Shown: one piece after another, positions 58,663 through 64,000 of the stretch
Numbering within the stretch: position 1 is the first letter of the stretch
Layout of the letters: every line of letters begins with the position of its first letter
Origin: Antechinus flavipes
Taxonomy: Eukaryota
Direction: 5' to 3'
DNA length: 64,000 nt
NCBI RefSeq assembly: GCF_016432865.1
Contig: NC_067400.1
Coordinates: forward strand, 610,266,001 to 610,330,000
The notes under the pieces: model-generated
The model's input: only the letters and a program-made list of their open reading frames with translations
Told to the model about the DNA's origin: nothing
Database searches by the model: none
Program-made: the position numbers and the translations under genes

Positions 58663-61600
58663 GGCGAACACTGCCTGGGGCTCCCACGATTAGCCTCCCT
58701 CCCCTTCCTGTCCAGGTTCCACGTGGGGTGTGTCAGTGACAGACTCTGGAGCCTTTGGCCCCCTTCTTCCTGACCGCCCCCCCCCCCCCTTTCCCCCAGG
58801 CAGGGGCTGTAGCTCTTTCCTGGTCCGGCTGGGTTTGGGTTTCCTCTGAGCTTATGGAGGGACAAGGGGCTGAGTTGCAGGGCATGCCTTGGGGGACACC
58901 CCAGGCCCTGAGGCAGACCCGGGTTAGGAGAGAACCCCCTCCCTGGCTAGAAGAGAAGAGGGAGGGTCTTTATGTGAGCAGGAGGCTGTGTAGTGTGACA
59001 GCAGGGCCCCTCCCCCACCTCCTGCAGCCAGGGTCTCTGCCTCTGTGGAAGGTCGGAGGGCCGGGAGGCTGCCAGAGAAGGGGAGCCTGTGGCAGCTTCA
59101 GGCCCCCCAGTACACCGCTCCCTTCCCTCCAACCCCAGTCCCCCAGCCCTTCTCTAGGGAACAAAGGGACCTTTCCAGATAACAATTGTCCCAGAGAGAA
59201 AGGGACAGAAGGTTTGAGGTTCCCTTTTCACCAGGCTTGGCTGCCTTCCCGAGCGTGGCTCAGCCAGTTGTCCATCTGTCCGTCCGTCCGTCCCTGTCTG
59301 TCCACCTTGCGGACTTTGTGTGCCTGAGCTGCCTGGCAGGATGGGCAGGGTCCCTGCGGCCCCTCTGCTGGGAAGTGTCTGCCCCCTGGGGAGCCGCTGA
59401 AGAGGGGCCCCCAGCCCCAGGGGCAGCAAAGCTGGCCCGAGACCCCCAGCAAACCAGAACCTCCCCGGGCAGCAAGGCTGGGGTGGACCATGCACACGCG
59501 TGTGCACGCATTGCACCTGTGCACAGACCCTGCACATGTGCACAAGGCATGTACACTCACATGCATGCACACACACACGGGGGTGAGCGGCTCCGGGCTC
59601 GTGCTGGATTCGCTGAAGGACTCGGGCCTGTGACTCCCTACTCTAGAACTGTTCCGGGAGACAAAGACAACAGCCCCTTCCTTAGCCGAGGCCCTCCCTT
59701 CCTCCCTCCCTCCCTCCTGCTCTCCCTTCTTCTCTGACTGTCCCGAGGAGGCTGGGAAGAAATTAGAAGCAGGAATGGGCCGTCTCCCAGCCTGGACGGT
59801 GGGGGAGGCAAAGGTTAGGGCCAAGGGTCGTGTGGTAGGGGGCTGTGGATCAGAATGGTCCATCTTTAAAGGTTTAGGAGGAGAGGCCCGTGGGTGAAGA
59901 TGGGTGAGTGGAGAAAGTGAGCATCGTGCCGAGGGATGATGGGATGAGGGGGCTCTCGTTGCTCAGGGAGATGGGTCCTACTCTGGTGGGAGTGAGGGCA
60001 TCTTTGGGCTGCCCTTCCTTCCTTTCCTGCTTGAAGCAGTGGGTCCTGTCCTCCTGTCTGGAGGAGGGAAGAGGGAGTCCCCTGGGAATGGGCCCAGAGC
60101 TGCCCAAACCTTCCTGACCCCTCGTACCCCATCCTGGCCGTGGATCTGGGTAGCCAAGGCGGGGTCTCCCAGCCGGTCCTGGCTGGAAGCTGGAGGAAGA
60201 AGGGCCGGGCCCAGGCCCAAGAGGTGGTTCTGGTTTCCAGACTGCCTGTTCTTGCTCCTCGGAGGGTGGCCAAGCCAAGGCTCCTCAGAGCTCAGCCGGG
60301 GAGGGTTAGCAGTGGACTTTCTCCCTCTGGCCCTCTCTCTTCCTGTCTGTCTGTCCAGCCCCATCCTGGGACTCGGTGCCCCGAGTGCCTGGGGATTTGG
60401 GGCTTCCCATCCTCTGCGGCTGTCATGTCATGGGATGGGAAGTTGGAAGCTCTCCCTCCCCCTCCACACCTTTGCTCCAGTCTCCTCCCTGCTCAGGCAC
60501 GCCTGCCTGACCCGGCACTACCTGTTTGAGAGCAGCCCTAGGGGAGGGCCCTTGGGTACCTCTCCCCCAGCAAGCCCCGGCCGGGGATGGAGAGGACGTA
60601 GACTCCGGGCTGGCCTGTGCTCCTAAGCTCCCAAATCCCGGGGCACGCTCCCCCCAGGTTGGAGGCTGGACTCCGGCCTGACTTTGCTGTGTGCCCTGCC
60701 CTCTCTCTCTCTGGTTCCCTTTTCCTCAGTCCGGATGGGGACAAGTGCCTCAATTCTCCGCAGGGAAGGAGTTAGTCAGAGGCTCAGGGAGTCCCCTCTG
60801 GATGCATCATTCACTGTCTTGCCCTGGTGGTGGGGGAGGGAGGGGTCCTTGCCACACCCACCAAGGAATGAGTAAGGGCTGCCCCGTGGGGTGGGGGTGG
60901 GGGAAGCTGTAGTCTGAGCCCCCGGAAGCGGGGTCCCTCTGGGGCTTGTTCCGCTGGTACCGGGGAGACCCCATGCTCCCGCCCCTGCTGGGAAGGTGTC
61001 TGGGGCCTGAGGATGTGGCACTTTGGGGGAACGAGCCACGGTAACACTAGCTAATGGGGGGGGCAGAGGGATCGGGGGAGAAATCTGTGGGCAGAGAGGA
61101 GCCAGAGTTTGGGGGGAGAGGGGAGGGGTGAGTAGAGAGGATGTGGTCAGCGGGCGTCTGCTCTCCCCATGCCTTTGGGCCGGGGGGAGCCCGCTCTGCT
61201 TCTGCCCTGCCCCCTCCCGGCGTGGGATCCCGGGCGGTGGGGAGGAGCTGGGAGCCGGCGCCAGATGTTCTTCATCTCTGCTGGTTGGGAACTGGAGGAG
61301 AGCGGCCGGGGCTGCCACAAGAGGATGGAGGCTGGAGCTCAGGAGGATGGAGGCTGGAGCTCAGCAGGCGTCTCCTATAAACCAGGCCGGGGATGGACCA
61401 GGAGGCTTTGGGCACTGGCAGGGATGGAGGCCCTGACCAAGCCCAGGGGCCCAAGGGGCTGCTGGGAGAGCAGGCTTGGGGATGCAGCTCCTCTGTATAG
61501 GAGAGCCATAAGGGAAGCTATCCAGACTCCTCCTGGACACCTCCTGCCTGCTCGAGCCACTGCCCTGGGAGTCCGAAGGGCTGAGTCAGAGGACCTGGAT

Positions 61601-63214
61601 TCAAACCCTGTCACTGCTCTATCCAGCCGGTCACTGCCTCTCTGAGCTTCAGCTTTCTCAGCTGTAAAATGGTAGCGTTGAACTCGGTGCATTGGTGGTC
61701 TGAGGTTTGGTGTAGTGGATGGGGCTTAGGGACCCCCTCAGGAAGACCTGGCTTCAAATGATGGTCCTGGACAAGGCATTTCAACTGTTGCCTCCTGGGA
61801 GATTGGGAAGGACTCGGGGCTCCTAAGACTGTAGCTCCAGGTCCTAATCGCACGTCCTGGGGCTGGATGAGTCCTTTCTGGCTCCAGATCTACACCCTGA
61901 GAACCAAGAACCAGCCGGCAGGATGGAGGCTCCCGGGTCCCCATGGTCACTCTGGTTTGGAGGGGAATCTGATTAAAACTGGAAGGGATTTCCTTAAAAG
62001 TTTGACTGCTAAGTAGGTGTGCCTTTCCAGTGGGCTCTGAGCACCTACTAAGTGTCAAGTCAGAGGATTAAAACACCAGTCCCAGTCAAGAAGACCTGAG
62101 TTCAAATCCAACATTTAACCCTGTTTGCCTCAATTTCCTTATCCATAAAATGGACTGGAGACAAATTGCTTCTGGATCTCAGCCAAGAAAACCCTTAGTT
62201 GGGTTGAAGGGCAACAACCACAATGAACCAAGCACTGGGTGTTTAAAATATAAAGACCAAACTGGCCCGGTTCTTGCCCTCAGGGAGCTTATTTTCTGCT
62301 GGAGATACCAGCATTAAGCCAAGCCTCAGACCATCCAAGCCACCCCCCCTTCCTCCAAACCAGCTCAGTGCTCCCATTTTACAGATGAGAAAACTGAAGC
62401 TCAGAGAGTAGGCTGATAAGTAAATACTTAGAAATAAATAAAGGTACTTTCCAGAGGGAGCTGGCAGTGACTGGGGGAAGGAATAAATGGGGAGGGCTTG
62501 GGGAGGGGGGCAGATGGGACTCTGGGTGGGATCCTAGGCTAGAGCATTCCAGATGTGGGGAGCCATTAGGGCCGAGTCCGAGAAGAGGAAGAATTGGAAT
62601 TGCACGGGCTGGGAAGGGTCCCAGGGACAGCCCGCACATGCGCCCTCCCATGCACCCCCCCACACGCCCCCCCAACTTGCATCTGAGAGTGCAGGAAGAG
62701 GAGTTAACCAAGCTAAGCTGGGGAAGATAGGTGGGAGCCAGATTGGGGAAGGTTTTAAATGCCAGCCTGGGATTTCCCAGCTGATCCTAGAGGCAATCAC
62801 GGAGGCCCTGACCTCAGACAAATTACTTGACCCCCCCAGCTGCCTCCAATGCACAAGGAGGCGCATTAGCGGAGGCCGCATTAGCGGCGCCCCAAAGTCC
62901 TCTGAGCCCCAGCATTCTGCCTAGGGTGGAAATTCTGCTGGGGGAGGAAGGCAGCAGCGGGGGAAGATGCTGTGCCGGCTGGCGAGGAGGATCCCCGGGA
63001 GCTGGTCCTGGTGCTGCTGTAGGTGTGTTTTGAAAAAAAAATCCTTGATCCTAGACTCAGGGACCCAGATTCGAGTCCAGCCGTAGATACTTGTTCCCTG
63101 TGGGACCCCAGGCTTGTCACTTAACCTCTATTTACCTTAATTCCCTTCCTGTACCAGAGAGGACCCACCTTAACTTCTGAGGTCCTGTTAGCTCTTCATC
63201 GGGGCTCCTGGGAC

Positions 63215-64000
63215 CTTACATTTTGTGTGTGTGTGACGTGCACGTGTAAGCCATGTTTTATGTTACACATGTATAAACCAGTTAGGAGACATGACAAGAT
63301 GCATTTATATATTATGCATACAAAAAGATCTGTAATATACATACACCATGTATGTATGGTGAATCAGTATGTAATATTCTATAATCCACTTACATATGTG
63401 CTCAGTCACTGTATTATATACTACATGGCACATATATGTTGTGTAAATGCACACAATCAGCATATAATATACACCACATGTATGTGTACATGTACAAATC
63501 AACATAGAATATATGCCACATGTTTGTGTATATGTACAAATCAGCATATAACATACACCACATGTATGTTTATATGCACATAATCAGCATATAATATACT
63601 TGAATATGTGCTCAGTCAGTATATTATATACTACCTGGCACATGTAGATGTAAATACACACAATCAATATATAGTCTACTATACACCATATGTATGTGTA
63701 TCTAATACATTATATACCATATAGCACACATATATGTATATGTACCCAAAAGCATATAATATATAACATCTATGTATATGTAATATACTGTACACCACAT
63801 GTATGTGCACACATTATATTAGATAACATATAGCACATGCATATATATGTACAAATCCAATGTGTTATATACTATGTTAATGCATGTGTATAGGACACAA
63901 TCAGTATGTGATGTGTCATATATAACATATGGCATGCTGCATGCATATGCGCACAATCGGTATATAATATCCTACATAACACATATATGTGTAAATATAC
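63215..64000. repeat. AT-rich purine-pyrimidine-alternating low-complexity/satellite region
   Basis: Recurring ATATAC/CACATG/AATCAGCATATAATAT units to the window end. Confidence 0.9.

Noticed and set aside
57510-58865. Long ORFs spanning the second gap
   Set aside because: Artefacts of N runs and the CpG island.
58000-64000. ACAP3 exon 2 or intronic snoRNA/miRNA
   Set aside because: No ATIDEVETDV-like exon and no convincing box motifs or hairpin found; treated as intron 1.

Overview
Eukaryotic, GC-rich genomic DNA from a marsupial, probably an Australian dasyurid, judging by WSINE1/MAR1-type SINEs, dasyurid-type L1 3' ends and an OC1-like hAT MITE. The block is syntenic with human 1p36.33 in reverse orientation. 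It holds four protein-coding genes, each rebuilt exon by exon with GT-AG junctions and consistent phase. CPTP (-) has 2 coding exons and 214 aa. INTS11 (+) has 17 coding exons and 600 aa. PUSL1 (-) has 8 exons and 310 aa. ACAP3 (+) contributes exon 1 only. CPTP and INTS11 share a CpG bidirectional promoter at about 9.0-9.3 kb. The 17.7 kb first coding intron of INTS11 contains L1, RTE and L2 debris, an EIF1 processed pseudogene and a near-perfect 103 bp direct repeat. The main unexplained find is a frameshifted, internally deleted class A GPCR remnant (P2Y5/LPAR6-like) in about 600 bp between the PUSL1 stop codon and the first visible minus-strand poly(A) signal, with its own strong splice sites. 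There are two assembly gaps (40786-40955, 58192-58558). Most ORF-track entries are spurious GC-rich or repeat-derived ORFs. Homology calls come from remembered sequences; no database search was run.
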